From the IMG/VR virus record IMGVR_UViG_3300043427_002668: 64,000 nt of DNA, one strand, 5' to 3'. The DNA is from a virus (Duplodnaviria; Caudoviricetes). The notes beneath the pieces were generated by a model. That model saw only the letters and a list, made by a program, of their open reading frames with translations. It was not told the origin of the DNA and ran no database searches. The translations under genes and the position numbers were made by a program. Positions 25,920 to 35,575 of the stretch are shown here, in pieces (within the stretch, counting starts at the first letter, position 1; every line of letters begins with the position of its first letter).

Positions 25920-27078
25920 ATCAACTTGGCCACTGATGGAAAACACGATTACGTTTTCTGATCGTTTTAAGATGGCATTGTTTCTTCTCACTAGTGACAA
26001 ACTTACTAATGGACCAAAAGTTCGTGAATTTGAAAATAAGTGGTCTGAGTGGTTAGGTGTTAAACATTCTTTATATGTTTCTAGCGGCAGCACCGCAAAT
26101 ACTTTGCTTGTTTCTGCCGTAAAGGAATATTATGGATTAAAGGATGGGGATAAAGTTCTTGTTCCATCTTGTACTTGGATGACTAATATTGCTCCTGTAA
26201 TTCAAGCAAATCTTCAACCTATTTTTTGTGATATTAATCTTAGAAATTTTTCTTTTGATATTGATGAATTAAAGTATATTGCATCCGAACATCCGGATAT
26301 TAAAGCAGTCTTCATCACACATTTGATTGGACTTTCTTCTAATGTGGAAAAGGTTCGTGAAATTTTTCCAAACGTATTGGTTATGGAAGATATATGCGAA
26401 TCACATGGTGTACGAGGGCCTGATGGAAATAAACGTGGAATAAATTCTGTAGGATCGACTTTTAGTTTTTATTTCGGACATCATATTACAACAATCGAAG
26501 GTGGTGTTGTTTGTACGAATAATACCGAACTTTATGAGTTGATGAGAATGAAGCGTAGTCATGGTATGGCAAGGGAAGCATCTCCTCATATGTTTAAAAA
26601 GTATTCCGAAGAAAATCCAGATATTGATCCAACCTTTTTGTTTATGACAGAAGGGTTTAATCTTAGAAATCATGAGGTTTGTGCTGTTCTTGGATTGTCT
26701 CAGTTGAAAAAGTTGGATAAAAACATCCAGATTCGCAAAGAAAATTTTAAGTATTGGTGGGAAAAAATTTTTAAATCCGAGTCCTATTTTATCCCAGAAT
26801 ACCAAAGGGGAAATAGTAGTTTTTGTTTTCCTATTATCACCAAAGAAAGTTCTTCTATTTCCTTGGTGAAAGAAAAATTAAAAATGAGTGGCATAGAATA
26901 TCGCCCTATCATTAGTGGAAATATTCTTCTACATCCTGCATTTAAAAATTATAAACTTTGTACCAAAAAAGAAACTCCCAATGTCCTTACTCTTCACCAA
27001 AACGGTGTGTATGTTGGTAATAGTCAGTTCGTAAACAAAGAAAGAATTGATAAATTAATTTCAATAATGGATGTATAA
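25912..27078 (+). CDS. DegT/DnrJ-family PLP enzyme, ColD/E1-type sugar 3-dehydratase
   Basis: SSGSTAN, EDICESHG, FSFYFGHHITTIEGG with His at the usual Schiff-base Lys position. Confidence 0.8.
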   Translation: MSKSTWPLMENTITFSDRFKMALFLLTSDKLTNGPKVREFENKWSEWLGVKHSLYVSSGSTANTLLVSAVKEYYGLKDGDKVLVPSCTWMTNIAPVIQANLQPIFCDINLRNFSFDIDELKYIASEHPDIKAVFITHLIGLSSNVEKVREIFPNVLVMEDICESHGVRGPDGNKRGINSVGSTFSFYFGHHITTIEGGVVCTNNTELYELMRMKRSHGMAREASPHMFKKYSEENPDIDPTFLFMTEGFNLRNHEVCAVLGLSQLKKLDKNIQIRKENFKYWWEKIFKSESYFIPEYQRGNSSFCFPIITKESSSISLVKEKLKMSGIEYRPIISGNILLHPAFKNYKLCTKKETPNVLTLHQNGVYVGNSQFVNKERIDKLISIMDV

Positions 27079-27103
27079 TATATAAATCTGAACTAAATTA
27101 ATC

Positions 27104-28066
27104 ATGAACAAAACTATAAACTTTTTTAATGGATTTCACTGCGGTGATTTATTTTCTAGTAAAGAATTTGTCAGACAAATAACAACAGAATTAACTGGAT
27201 TCAATTTTGGATATTATCACGAAAATCATCCAAAGGTTTTATTGGATTTGAATATTCCTTGTTTGGGTCAATATAAGTTAGAACACAACGTACATAAATT
27301 TGTAGAAGAAGAGAATACTCTCAATATTAATACTTGGAGTGGAGCTTATTCTCCAGCTTGTTCTTTTGAACCTCCATATTTTCAAGTTGATGGTATTGGA
27401 ATAAGTTTGGATCTTCTTTGTCTGGAATGGGAGTTTATTTTTCAGAAAATTAATGATACTTTTGGGACTTCTTTGAAGTTAAAGGAAAAGTCTAATTATG
27501 TTCCTGAAATTAACTTTGAATGTTTTAATTTAGAAAATCATAAAAAGTTTTTGGAAGAAAGAGGAAACACCAAGAAAATATTATTTTGTAATGGATTTCC
27601 AATGTCAGGACAGTCAATTCCTGGTGATATGAAAGATATTATTTTGTATTTTGCCGAAAAGTATCCTGAGTATGATTTTATTTGTACTAAGAAATTTGAT
27701 AGTGAAATTAAAAATATATTGTTTACTGACGACATTACCGTCAAATATGATATTCCTATTCGCCTTAACATCCCTTGGAATGATAGAACAAATGGTATTT
27801 GTGATTTGAATGAAATTTCTTATTTGAGTAATTTTTGTGATCTTATAATCGGAAAGCAATCTGGTCCTTTTTGTTTTTGTGCCACAAAGGATAACTTTAT
27901 GAATAAGAATAAACATATAATTTCATTTAATAATAATCCCACTGATTCTCTTGCACATAATCTGGATGTTGAATGTGATTATTTTCTTTGCAGTGAATTT
28001 GAAAGATTTTGTAATGATACACAATACGTTATGGACATCATTGAGGAAAAAATAAATATAATTTAA
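27104..28066 (+). CDS. hypothetical protein, possible glycosyltransferase
   Basis: HCGDLF N-terminus; CDLIIGKQSGP. Confidence 0.6.
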   Translation: MNKTINFFNGFHCGDLFSSKEFVRQITTELTGFNFGYYHENHPKVLLDLNIPCLGQYKLEHNVHKFVEEENTLNINTWSGAYSPACSFEPPYFQVDGIGISLDLLCLEWEFIFQKINDTFGTSLKLKEKSNYVPEINFECFNLENHKKFLEERGNTKKILFCNGFPMSGQSIPGDMKDIILYFAEKYPEYDFICTKKFDSEIKNILFTDDITVKYDIPIRLNIPWNDRTNGICDLNEISYLSNFCDLIIGKQSGPFCFCATKDNFMNKNKHIISFNNNPTDSLAHNLDVECDYFLCSEFERFCNDTQYVMDIIEEKINII

Positions 28067-28123
28067 ATGTTTTCTTGACATTTTTGCTTTTACATATTAC
28101 TATACATAGAGGTTTTATTTTTT

Positions 28124-29209
28124 ATGAAAATGGGTCAATATAAAAAAACTGCTCTTGTTTGCGGTGCTGGTGGATTTATTGGAAGTCATATGGTTAAAAG
28201 ACTTCGTTCGGAAGGATACTGGGTTCGTGGTGTTGATATTAAGTATCCTGAGTATTCTAAAACACAAGCAAACGAATTTATTGTTGGAGATCTGACTGAT
28301 TTTGATTTTGTTACCAGAATTATTGAATATAAAGGTGAGTCTGGTAATTTCCACAATTTGGTTCCGGAAAAATATGTGGATTCTTTTGATGAGATCTATC
28401 AGTATGCTGCTGATATGGGTGGAGCTGGATATATTTTCAGTGGAGAAAATGATTCTGAGGTAATGTATAATTCTGCTACTATCAACCTCAATATTCTAAA
28501 AGCTCAACTGAATCTTAATACTCGAAAGGAAGTTAATAAGACTAAGATTTTCTACAGTAGCAGTGCATGTATGTATCCAGAGTACGCTCAAATGGATGTA
28601 AACAATCCTGGACTAAAAGAATCGGATGCTTATCCTGCTGGACCTGATTCTGAATATGGTTGGGAAAAACTATTCTCTGAGCGACTGTACTTGGCATTTA
28701 ATCGCAATCACGAAATTCCTTGCCGTATTGCACGTTTCCATAACATCTATGGTCCTGAGAGCACTTGGGAAGGTGGTAAAGAGAAGTCTCCTGCTGCAAT
28801 GTGTCGTAAAGTGGCATATGCAGAAGATGGCGGTGAAGTTGAGATTTGGGGCGATGGAGAACAAACTCGTTCATTCTTGTATATTGATGAGTGTCTGGAA
28901 GCAACACGTCGTCTAATGGAGTCTGACTTCTTGGGACCTATTAACATTGGTTCTGAGGAAATGGTTACGATTAATCAACTAGCAGATATTGCCGCTAAAG
29001 TTGCTGGTAAGACAATCACCAAAAAGCACATTGATGGTCCTCTTGGTGTTCGTGGTCGCAATTCAAATAATGATCTGATTCGTGAAAAACTTCAATGGGA
29101 TTATGGAATGTCTCTTGAGGAAGGTATTGCCAAGACTTATGATTGGATTTCATACCAGATTGAAAAAAAGGAAAGACTTGCTAATTGGGAACCACTTCCT
29201 AACTTCTGA
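28124..29209 (+). CDS. GDP-mannose 3,5-epimerase-like NAD-dependent epimerase
   Basis: GAGGFIGSH, AADMGGAG, YSSSACMYPE, YGWEKL, EKSPAAMCRK, GVRGRNS. Confidence 0.85.
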   Translation: MKMGQYKKTALVCGAGGFIGSHMVKRLRSEGYWVRGVDIKYPEYSKTQANEFIVGDLTDFDFVTRIIEYKGESGNFHNLVPEKYVDSFDEIYQYAADMGGAGYIFSGENDSEVMYNSATINLNILKAQLNLNTRKEVNKTKIFYSSSACMYPEYAQMDVNNPGLKESDAYPAGPDSEYGWEKLFSERLYLAFNRNHEIPCRIARFHNIYGPESTWEGGKEKSPAAMCRKVAYAEDGGEVEIWGDGEQTRSFLYIDECLEATRRLMESDFLGPINIGSEEMVTINQLADIAAKVAGKTITKKHIDGPLGVRGRNSNNDLIREKLQWDYGMSLEEGIAKTYDWISYQIEKKERLANWEPLPNF

Positions 29210-29231
29210 TATTAATAGTAGAGAGTAAACT

Positions 29232-30101
29232 GTGATTGGATATAATCGTCTTGGAACAAATGGACGTTTGGGAAACCAAATGTTTCAATATGCTGCTCTG
29301 AGAGGAATTGCATCAAACAATAACTTGGAATGGTGCATTCCTCCAGAGGATACTCCTACATATGCAAATTATGGTCTTTTTGAAGCATTTAAACTTACTA
29401 ATTTAAAACATACAGGTCTAGTTAATGGTCCAACTTATGATGAACCTGGATTTGAATTTGATGAAAAACTATTTAACGATTGTCCTGATAATGTAAATAT
29501 TGATGGATATCGTCAAAGTGAAAAATATTTCAAACATATTGAAGAGTCTATTCGTGAAGACTATCAATTTAAAGATGATATCTATGAACCTTGTGCTGAG
29601 TTTATGAGTCAGTTTAAGGGAGATATTACCTTACTTCACATTCGTAGGGGAGATAATACTGGTCGTCCAAATTGGTATCCAATGCCAACAATAGAACATT
29701 ATGAATATCTTTTTGAAAAATATTTCACGGACAATCAACCAGTTTTAATTTGTTCTGATGATCTTGACTGGGTAAAGGAACAAAAACTATTTCAAAGTGA
29801 TAGATTTTATCTATCTGAAACGAGGGTTTATTATCCTCATCAAACTTTAAATGGTGCAGGACAAATGGAAAGATCATTAGTTCCATTTTATGATCTATGT
29901 TTAATGTCTATGTGTAGTAATGCCATTATTGCAAATAGCTCTCTATCTTGGTGGGGTGCTTGGTTGCAAAAAAATTCAAACAAAAAAGTTATTACTCAAA
30001 CTCCTTGGTTTGGTAAAAATCTTTCATTTAATAATCTTAAAGATTTAATTCCAGAATCTTGGATCATTGAACCAATTCCAGAGGAGAGAATACAAAAATG
30101 A
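29232..30101 (+). CDS. glycosyltransferase family 11 (alpha-1,2-fucosyltransferase-like)
   Basis: GRLGNQMFQYA, GYRQSEKYF, HIRRGD, NSSLSWWGAWL. Confidence 0.9.
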   Translation: MIGYNRLGTNGRLGNQMFQYAALRGIASNNNLEWCIPPEDTPTYANYGLFEAFKLTNLKHTGLVNGPTYDEPGFEFDEKLFNDCPDNVNIDGYRQSEKYFKHIEESIREDYQFKDDIYEPCAEFMSQFKGDITLLHIRRGDNTGRPNWYPMPTIEHYEYLFEKYFTDNQPVLICSDDLDWVKEQKLFQSDRFYLSETRVYYPHQTLNGAGQMERSLVPFYDLCLMSMCSNAIIANSSLSWWGAWLQKNSNKKVITQTPWFGKNLSFNNLKDLIPESWIIEPIPEERIQK

Positions 30102-30904
30102 TGGACTTAACTTTTTTAATTCCAACTAGAATTGAGACTGAAGATAGATTGAGAAATATCATTTCTTCAGTCTCTTATTTGCTTAGACATATTCCTGCAA
30201 AGGTAATAGTCAAAGAAGTTTCAAGTCGTCCTACATTTCAGTTTAGAGCAGTTCCTGAAATTAGAAAATATGTGGATACTTCAAATCTTGAGTATTTGTA
30301 TGAAGAGTCTCAAGAACCCCTTTTTTGTAAAAGTAAAGTTTTAAATGATTTAATTGTTGCATCATCTACAAAAGTTGTTGCAAATTATGATGCTGATTGT
30401 ATTCTTCCAATCGATTCATATTATCAGGCATATACTGCAATTAATGAGGATCGAGTAGATGTAGTCTATCCTTATGGATGCGGAATTTATCAATGGAAAG
30501 CATCATACGGTCCAGAGATCTATGAGAGATTTGTAAGCACTTTGGATACCTCTATTTTAGATCAGAATAAATCACTTTCTAACTCCACTATTGGATGGAC
30601 TCAATTTGTAAACCGAAAGAAGTATATTGAGTCTTATATGATGAATGAAAACTTTATTTCCTGGGGATGTGAGGATGATGAATTTTATTATCGTATGAGC
30701 GTTCTTGGTAATCGTATTGGAAGAATTGATAATTATGTCTACCATTTAGAACACTCAAGAACTCATAATTCTTGGTTTAGCAACCCCAACTTTAATAATA
30801 ACTACCATCTTTGGAATCAAATTAAAACATTTGACAGAAATCAATTGATGGGATATTATGAAAATCAGGACTATGTAAAAAATCGCAGAAGTCAAATACG
30901 ATGA
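30098..30904 (+). CDS. GT2/GT7-like glycosyltransferase
   Basis: YDAD DxD motif, ENFISWGCEDDEF, YHLEH. Confidence 0.8.
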   Translation: MMDLTFLIPTRIETEDRLRNIISSVSYLLRHIPAKVIVKEVSSRPTFQFRAVPEIRKYVDTSNLEYLYEESQEPLFCKSKVLNDLIVASSTKVVANYDADCILPIDSYYQAYTAINEDRVDVVYPYGCGIYQWKASYGPEIYERFVSTLDTSILDQNKSLSNSTIGWTQFVNRKKYIESYMMNENFISWGCEDDEFYYRMSVLGNRIGRIDNYVYHLEHSRTHNSWFSNPNFNNNYHLWNQIKTFDRNQLMGYYENQDYVKNRRSQIR

Positions 30905-31725
30905 TTGGTTTTAATGCACTAGGTAGAATGGGACGTTTGGCAAACCAAATGTTTCAGTATGCCTCACTTAAAGGAATTGCGAGAAATGTAGGAGCAGATA
31001 TTTGTATTCCAAATCATTCTCAAGCAGTTGATGATGGTATCGGCAACAAACTCAGAACAGAACTTTTTGATTCTTTTGATCTGAAAGTTAATGTTGGACT
31101 TCTGAATAACGGACATTCCCCTACCGTTCAAGAAAGATATTTTCATTTCGATGAGGAACTTTTTTCAATGTGTCCGGATCATGTGAGTCTTCAGGGATAT
31201 TTTCAGACAGAAAAATACTTTAAACATATTGAGTCGGAGATCCGCGAAGATTTTACTTTTAAGGATGAGATTCTTAAACCCTGCCAAGAAATGATTTCTT
31301 CTATTGAAAATCCTCTGGCACTTCACGTAAGAAGAACTGACTATATTGTAAATAGCGATAATCATTTTAATCTTCCACTTGAATATTATAAAGCAGCATT
31401 AAAGCATTTTGATAATGATCGAAGTGTGATTATTTTTTCTGATGATCCTGAATGGTGTAAGTCTCAAGAGATATTCTCAGATGATCGTTTTATGGTTTCT
31501 GAGAATACTGATAATCGAGTGGATCTTTGCTTGATGTCTCTCTGCAATGATTTTATTATTGCAAACTCTTCTTATTCTTGGTGGGCTGCTTGGTTATCTT
31601 CTAATGAGAATAAAAAAGTTATTGCACCCGTCCAGTGGTTTGGTAAAACTGGATATACAAAAGATCACAATACTAAAGATTTAATTCCCGATGACTGGAC
31701 AAGAATTATTGATGGACAAGAATAA
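30901..31725 (+). CDS. glycosyltransferase family 11 (second copy)
   Basis: GRLANQMFQYA, GYFQTEKYF, HVRRTD, NSSYSWWAAWL. Confidence 0.9.
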   Translation: MIGFNALGRMGRLANQMFQYASLKGIARNVGADICIPNHSQAVDDGIGNKLRTELFDSFDLKVNVGLLNNGHSPTVQERYFHFDEELFSMCPDHVSLQGYFQTEKYFKHIESEIREDFTFKDEILKPCQEMISSIENPLALHVRRTDYIVNSDNHFNLPLEYYKAALKHFDNDRSVIIFSDDPEWCKSQEIFSDDRFMVSENTDNRVDLCLMSLCNDFIIANSSYSWWAAWLSSNENKKVIAPVQWFGKTGYTKDHNTKDLIPDDWTRIIDGQE

Positions 31726-32509
31726 GTCTGCATATAAACTTAAAGGAATTCCGCAAATTTACTGGATCAACCTTGATGCAGATACTCACAGGCGTGAGTA
31801 TATGGAAACCCAATTTAAATATTGGCAAATTGAGAATCATACTCGTATTTCTGGATATGACGGGAGAGAGGATGATGTATCAAGTCATTTAAAAGGAAGA
31901 ATTCCTGATAATGTGTCACAAAATGAATTGGGGTGTTGTATGTCACATCTCAAAGCAATTAAACATTTCTATGAAAATAGTACAGATGATTATTGCTTGA
32001 TTCTTGAGGATGATGTTAATTTTGACATTGTTAGGTATTGGAATTTTACCTGGACTGATTTTTTTGTTGAAGTGCCATATGATTGGGATTGTGTTCAGTT
32101 AACTACAATTTGTACTGGAGATATCCATGTTAAGTTGCACTTAAAATTCATCAACGATTTTTCTGCTGCAATTTATTTGATTACTCGTCACCACGCTGCA
32201 AAGATGATGAAGCATCATATTCGTGGCGATAAGTACAAATTGGATAATGGTGTAAAACCTAGAGCGGTTTCTGAAGATACTATTTTAGAGACGGGTAAAA
32301 CTTATACTATTCCTCTTTTCCTTTATAACCTTGAAATGGGATCTGCAATTCATCCAGAACATCTTGGAATTTTCCATAAGGCACCTCACGATGCTCTGTT
32401 GAACTATTGGCAGCAAGCAGGATCTGATATTAATATTAAAGACTATATGAATTATGATCCTTACCTTGGGAGGATAACTGAAAACTCAGCAGCACAACAG
32501 ACCACTTGA
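31712..32509 (+). CDS. glycosyltransferase family 25
   Basis: YWINLD..THRR, GCCMSH, LILEDD. Confidence 0.85.
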   Translation: MDKNKSAYKLKGIPQIYWINLDADTHRREYMETQFKYWQIENHTRISGYDGREDDVSSHLKGRIPDNVSQNELGCCMSHLKAIKHFYENSTDDYCLILEDDVNFDIVRYWNFTWTDFFVEVPYDWDCVQLTTICTGDIHVKLHLKFINDFSAAIYLITRHHAAKMMKHHIRGDKYKLDNGVKPRAVSEDTILETGKTYTIPLFLYNLEMGSAIHPEHLGIFHKAPHDALLNYWQQAGSDINIKDYMNYDPYLGRITENSAAQQTT

Positions 32510-32534
32510 CACCAGATCAAATCTGGCGTACAAT
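32506..32534 (+). promoter_or_regulatory. sigma70 promoter for the porin
   Basis: TTGACA-17 nt-TACAAT. Confidence 0.75.
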
Positions 32535-32648
32535 AAATACGTTCTGGTGACGATACCTCAAATACTTGTTGACTCACTGAATAAACGGAGTTATGTCGAA
32601 ACTCCTTACATCCGCAGGAAAACTCTGCGAGAAAATATAGAGGTACTT

Positions 32649-34121
32649 ATGTTTAAATCCGCTTTCGCAGCAACCCTTGCTGCAACTCCACTGGTCGCTG
32701 GTGCTGCGTTCGCAGAACCCTATGGCACTTATGGACCTTATGTAGAATCTCAAGTTACGAGCATCTCACAGTTCTCTGATGTTCGTCCTACCGATTGGGC
32801 ATATCAAGCACTCAACAACCTTGTAGAGCGTTATGGTTGTGTTGCTGGTTATCCTAACGGCACTTATGGTGGTGGTCAGTCAATGACCCGTTATGAGGCA
32901 GCTGCTCTTCTGAATGCTTGCCTGGATCGTGTGACTGAAGTTACCGATGAACTGAAGCGTCTTCAGGCAGAGTTCGCTCAAGAACTTGCCGTTATCCGTG
33001 GTCGTGTAGATAAACTGGAAGCACAAGTCGGTCAACTGGAAGCAACTCAGTTCTCTACCACTACGAAACTTCGTGGTGAGGCTACCTTTGTTCTGGGTGG
33101 AGTTCCTGGACTTGAAACTAATGACGGTGGAAACGTTGGCGACACCGCATTTAATTATGATGTCCGTCTGAACTTCGATACCAGCTTCACTGGTAAGGAC
33201 CTGCTCCGTACTCGTCTGCGTTCTTCTAACTTCAGCACGGATCCTTTTGCTTCTTCGGGTTCCCTTTTCAAACTGGATAAAGCAGATAACACTTCTAGCG
33301 AAGTTGGCGATAACGTAGTTATTGATCGTCTGTATTATCAGTTCCCTGTGTTTAACGACACTACCACCATCACTGCTGGTGCTAAAGTCCGTAACACTGA
33401 GATTGCTTGGGTTCCTTCCGCATATAAGTCGGAAATCCTTGACTTCTTTGCTACTGCTGGTACTCCTGGTGTATATAATAAGGCACTCGGTGCTGGTTTC
33501 GGTATTCAGTATGCTGGTAATGGTGGATTTGTTGCTGGTCTGAACTATGTCGCTCAGGACGGTGATAACTCTTCTACTGGCGTCTTCAATGAAGATGGTG
33601 CTCTGAACCTGCTGGGTCAAGTCGGTTATCGTGGTAAGAACTGGGGTGTTGGTGTTGGATACCGCTATGGTACTGAAGGCACCCGTCCTCGCTCCTACAA
33701 CGGTCTCCTGGGTGCTACTGGTACTCTTGTAGACGGTCAGACTTCTAATGGTCTTGCAGTTAACGCTTACTGGCAACCCGAACAGTCTGGTTGGATTCCT
33801 TCAATCAGTGCTGGTTACGGTTACAACTGGGTTAATGGTACTACTGGTGTTACTGATGCTACTGATAGTCAGTCCTGGATGGCTGGTCTTCAGTGGAGCG
33901 ATGTCTTCCTCAAGGGTAACTCTGCTGGAGTTGCTGTGGGTCAAGCACCTACTGCTGATACCAAAGGTGTAGATGACGCCACTCTTGTTGAAATCTTCTA
34001 CAAGTTCCAAGTGTCTGATAACATCAGCATCACTCCTGCTCTGTTCTACGTTGATAACAATCAGCGTTATCAGGACTCTGCTAAGTGGGGTGGTGTAATC
34101 CAGACCAAGTTCACGTTCTGA
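32649..34121 (+). CDS. cyanobacterial SLH-domain outer-membrane porin (Som/OprB family)
   Basis: Signal peptide; FSDVRPTDWAYQAL..LVERYGCVAGYP SLH; coiled coil; QFSTTTKLRG; C-terminal QTKFTF. ATG 32649 has an AGAGG SD. Confidence 0.92.
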   Translation: MFKSAFAATLAATPLVAGAAFAEPYGTYGPYVESQVTSISQFSDVRPTDWAYQALNNLVERYGCVAGYPNGTYGGGQSMTRYEAAALLNACLDRVTEVTDELKRLQAEFAQELAVIRGRVDKLEAQVGQLEATQFSTTTKLRGEATFVLGGVPGLETNDGGNVGDTAFNYDVRLNFDTSFTGKDLLRTRLRSSNFSTDPFASSGSLFKLDKADNTSSEVGDNVVIDRLYYQFPVFNDTTTITAGAKVRNTEIAWVPSAYKSEILDFFATAGTPGVYNKALGAGFGIQYAGNGGFVAGLNYVAQDGDNSSTGVFNEDGALNLLGQVGYRGKNWGVGVGYRYGTEGTRPRSYNGLLGATGTLVDGQTSNGLAVNAYWQPEQSGWIPSISAGYGYNWVNGTTGVTDATDSQSWMAGLQWSDVFLKGNSAGVAVGQAPTADTKGVDDATLVEIFYKFQVSDNISITPALFYVDNNQRYQDSAKWGGVIQTKFTF

Positions 34122-34144
34122 TAAAACACTCATAGGTTGAGTGG

Positions 34145-34171
34145 AAGCACCCCTTTCTGGGGTGCTTTTTT
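34145..34171 (+). terminator. intrinsic terminator
   Basis: AAGCACCCC/GGGGTGCTT plus T-run. Confidence 0.75.
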
Positions 34172-34195
34172 GTGGAAATCCGAACAAATACCTAC

Positions 34196-34224
34196 TTGAC
34201 TTTTCTTAACAATCCCTATATAAT
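34196..34224 (+). promoter_or_regulatory. sigma70 promoter for the hli cluster
   Basis: TTGACT-17 nt-TATAAT. Confidence 0.75.
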
Positions 34225-34250
34225 ATTGTTGTAAATCGTTACAAAAGAAA

Positions 34251-34445
34251 ATGACTGTAACTTCTAATGAGTACGGCCAACAAAATATGTGGGCGAAAGA
34301 ACCCGTAATGTACTATCAGAACTACGGAATGCTGACCCCCAATCAAGTCAAGGAGAGAACTAATGGACGCTGGGCGATGGTCGGTTTTGTTGCTGGTGTT
34401 ATTTCTTATGCTATCACTGGTAACTTCTTCTTCGGTGTCTTCTGA
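34251..34445 (+). CDS. hli: high-light inducible protein
   Basis: ERTNGRWAMVGF (ExxNGRxAM chlorophyll-binding motif); NMWAKEP leader. Confidence 0.9.
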   Translation: MTVTSNEYGQQNMWAKEPVMYYQNYGMLTPNQVKERTNGRWAMVGFVAGVISYAITGNFFFGVF

Positions 34446-34531
34446 TGACTGAAACAATCTTCACCTTTACAGGGGTTGCTTTTTTAGTCCTCCTGAGTTA
34501 TGCTGTTGAGAAGGTCGTAGAAACTTACTGA
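34445..34531 (+). CDS. 28 aa single-TM peptide
   Basis: MTETIFTFTGVAFLVLLSYAVEKVVETY; TGATG overlaps at both ends. Confidence 0.55.
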   Translation: MTETIFTFTGVAFLVLLSYAVEKVVETY

Positions 34532-34806
34532 TGAGTGCTAATATGTTGGGGCAGTTTGCTCTTGCCCTTGAAAAACTTGGATGGGATACCGATGATGAAC
34601 TTTCTGTTGAAATCGGTGGTGTAGCAGTAACTGGAACTGCAACTCATCCAGATGCTAATGCAAAGTGGGCGAAACCATTTGGGACAGTAACATATCAAAA
34701 TGATTCTTTCATTGTGATTAAAAATAAAACCAGAAGTCCTATGGTTTTCTCGCAACCTAATCCAGAACTTAAACAACAACATCCATATCAAGGAGAAAAC
34801 AAATGA
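34531..34806 (+). CDS. conserved cyanophage hypothetical protein
   Basis: 91 aa; coupled to its neighbours. Confidence 0.7.
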   Translation: MSANMLGQFALALEKLGWDTDDELSVEIGGVAVTGTATHPDANAKWAKPFGTVTYQNDSFIVIKNKTRSPMVFSQPNPELKQQHPYQGENK

Positions 34807-34922
34807 ATAAACTGTTTACTGATGCTGCTGAAAAACTGAATGGTCGTGCTGCGATGATTGGTTTCATTGCTGCTACCGCTTCTTATCTCACGACAGGTCA
34901 AATCATTCCTGGTGTATTCTGA
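34803..34922 (+). CDS. hli: high-light inducible protein (second copy, 39 aa)
   Basis: AEKLNGRAAMIGF...TGQIIPGVF; below the ORF-track cutoff. Confidence 0.9.
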   Translation: MNKLFTDAAEKLNGRAAMIGFIAATASYLTTGQIIPGVF

Positions 34923-34938
34923 TTACTAGATTTTAATT

Positions 34939-35514
34939 ATGTTTAATTTTTTCAATAAAAAAGAAGAAAATACTATGGAGGTTAAAATGCGTAGCGAAGG
35001 TTATCAAATTCCTCAAGTAGAATTTGTGTTCCGTGAGGCAGGTGAGTTTGTAACTCGCACTTCTTCCGAACTCTTCAACGGAAAGCGTGTTGTGATTTTC
35101 TCACTTCCTGGTGCATTCACTCCTACTTGCTCTGCATACCAACTCCCTGGTTTTGAAGAGAAGTTTGAGGAATTCAAAGCACTTGGTATTGATGAAATCT
35201 ATTGTATCTCTGTGAATGATGGTTTCGTGATGAACGCTTGGGCTCAAGACCAAAATATTCAAAACGTAAAACTGATTCCCGATGGAAATGCATACTTCAC
35301 CCGTTCGATGGGTATGCTCGTCCGTAAGTCAAATCTTGGCTTCGGTGAGCGCAGTTGGCGTTACGCTGCTGTGGTAGATAATGGTGTGATTGAGAAACTA
35401 TTTGTTGAAGCAGGTCAGCGTGATAATGCTGATACTGATCCTTATGAGGAAACAACTCCAACAGCAGTTCTGGATTATGTGAAATCTACAATTCTAGAAA
35501 AAGAACTTGTGTGA
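34939..35514 (+). CDS. type II peroxiredoxin
   Basis: FSLPGAFTPTCS, CISVND.FVM.AW, RSWRYA; start codon uncertain (34939/34972/34987). Confidence 0.92.
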   Translation: MFNFFNKKEENTMEVKMRSEGYQIPQVEFVFREAGEFVTRTSSELFNGKRVVIFSLPGAFTPTCSAYQLPGFEEKFEEFKALGIDEIYCISVNDGFVMNAWAQDQNIQNVKLIPDGNAYFTRSMGMLVRKSNLGFGERSWRYAAVVDNGVIEKLFVEAGQRDNADTDPYEETTPTAVLDYVKSTILEKELV

Positions 35515-35520
35515 TTTAGA

Positions 35521-35545
35521 AGGAGGGTTAAAACCCTCCTTTTTT
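35521..35545 (+). terminator. intrinsic terminator
   Basis: AGGAGGGTT/AACCCTCCT plus T-run. Confidence 0.75.
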
Positions 35546-35575
35546 AATAAATAAATTTACTGAATAGGTAAAGAT

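Noticed and set aside
32880-33776. 298-aa minus-strand ORF
   Set aside because: Fully antisense to the porin; explained by the porin's biased codon usage.
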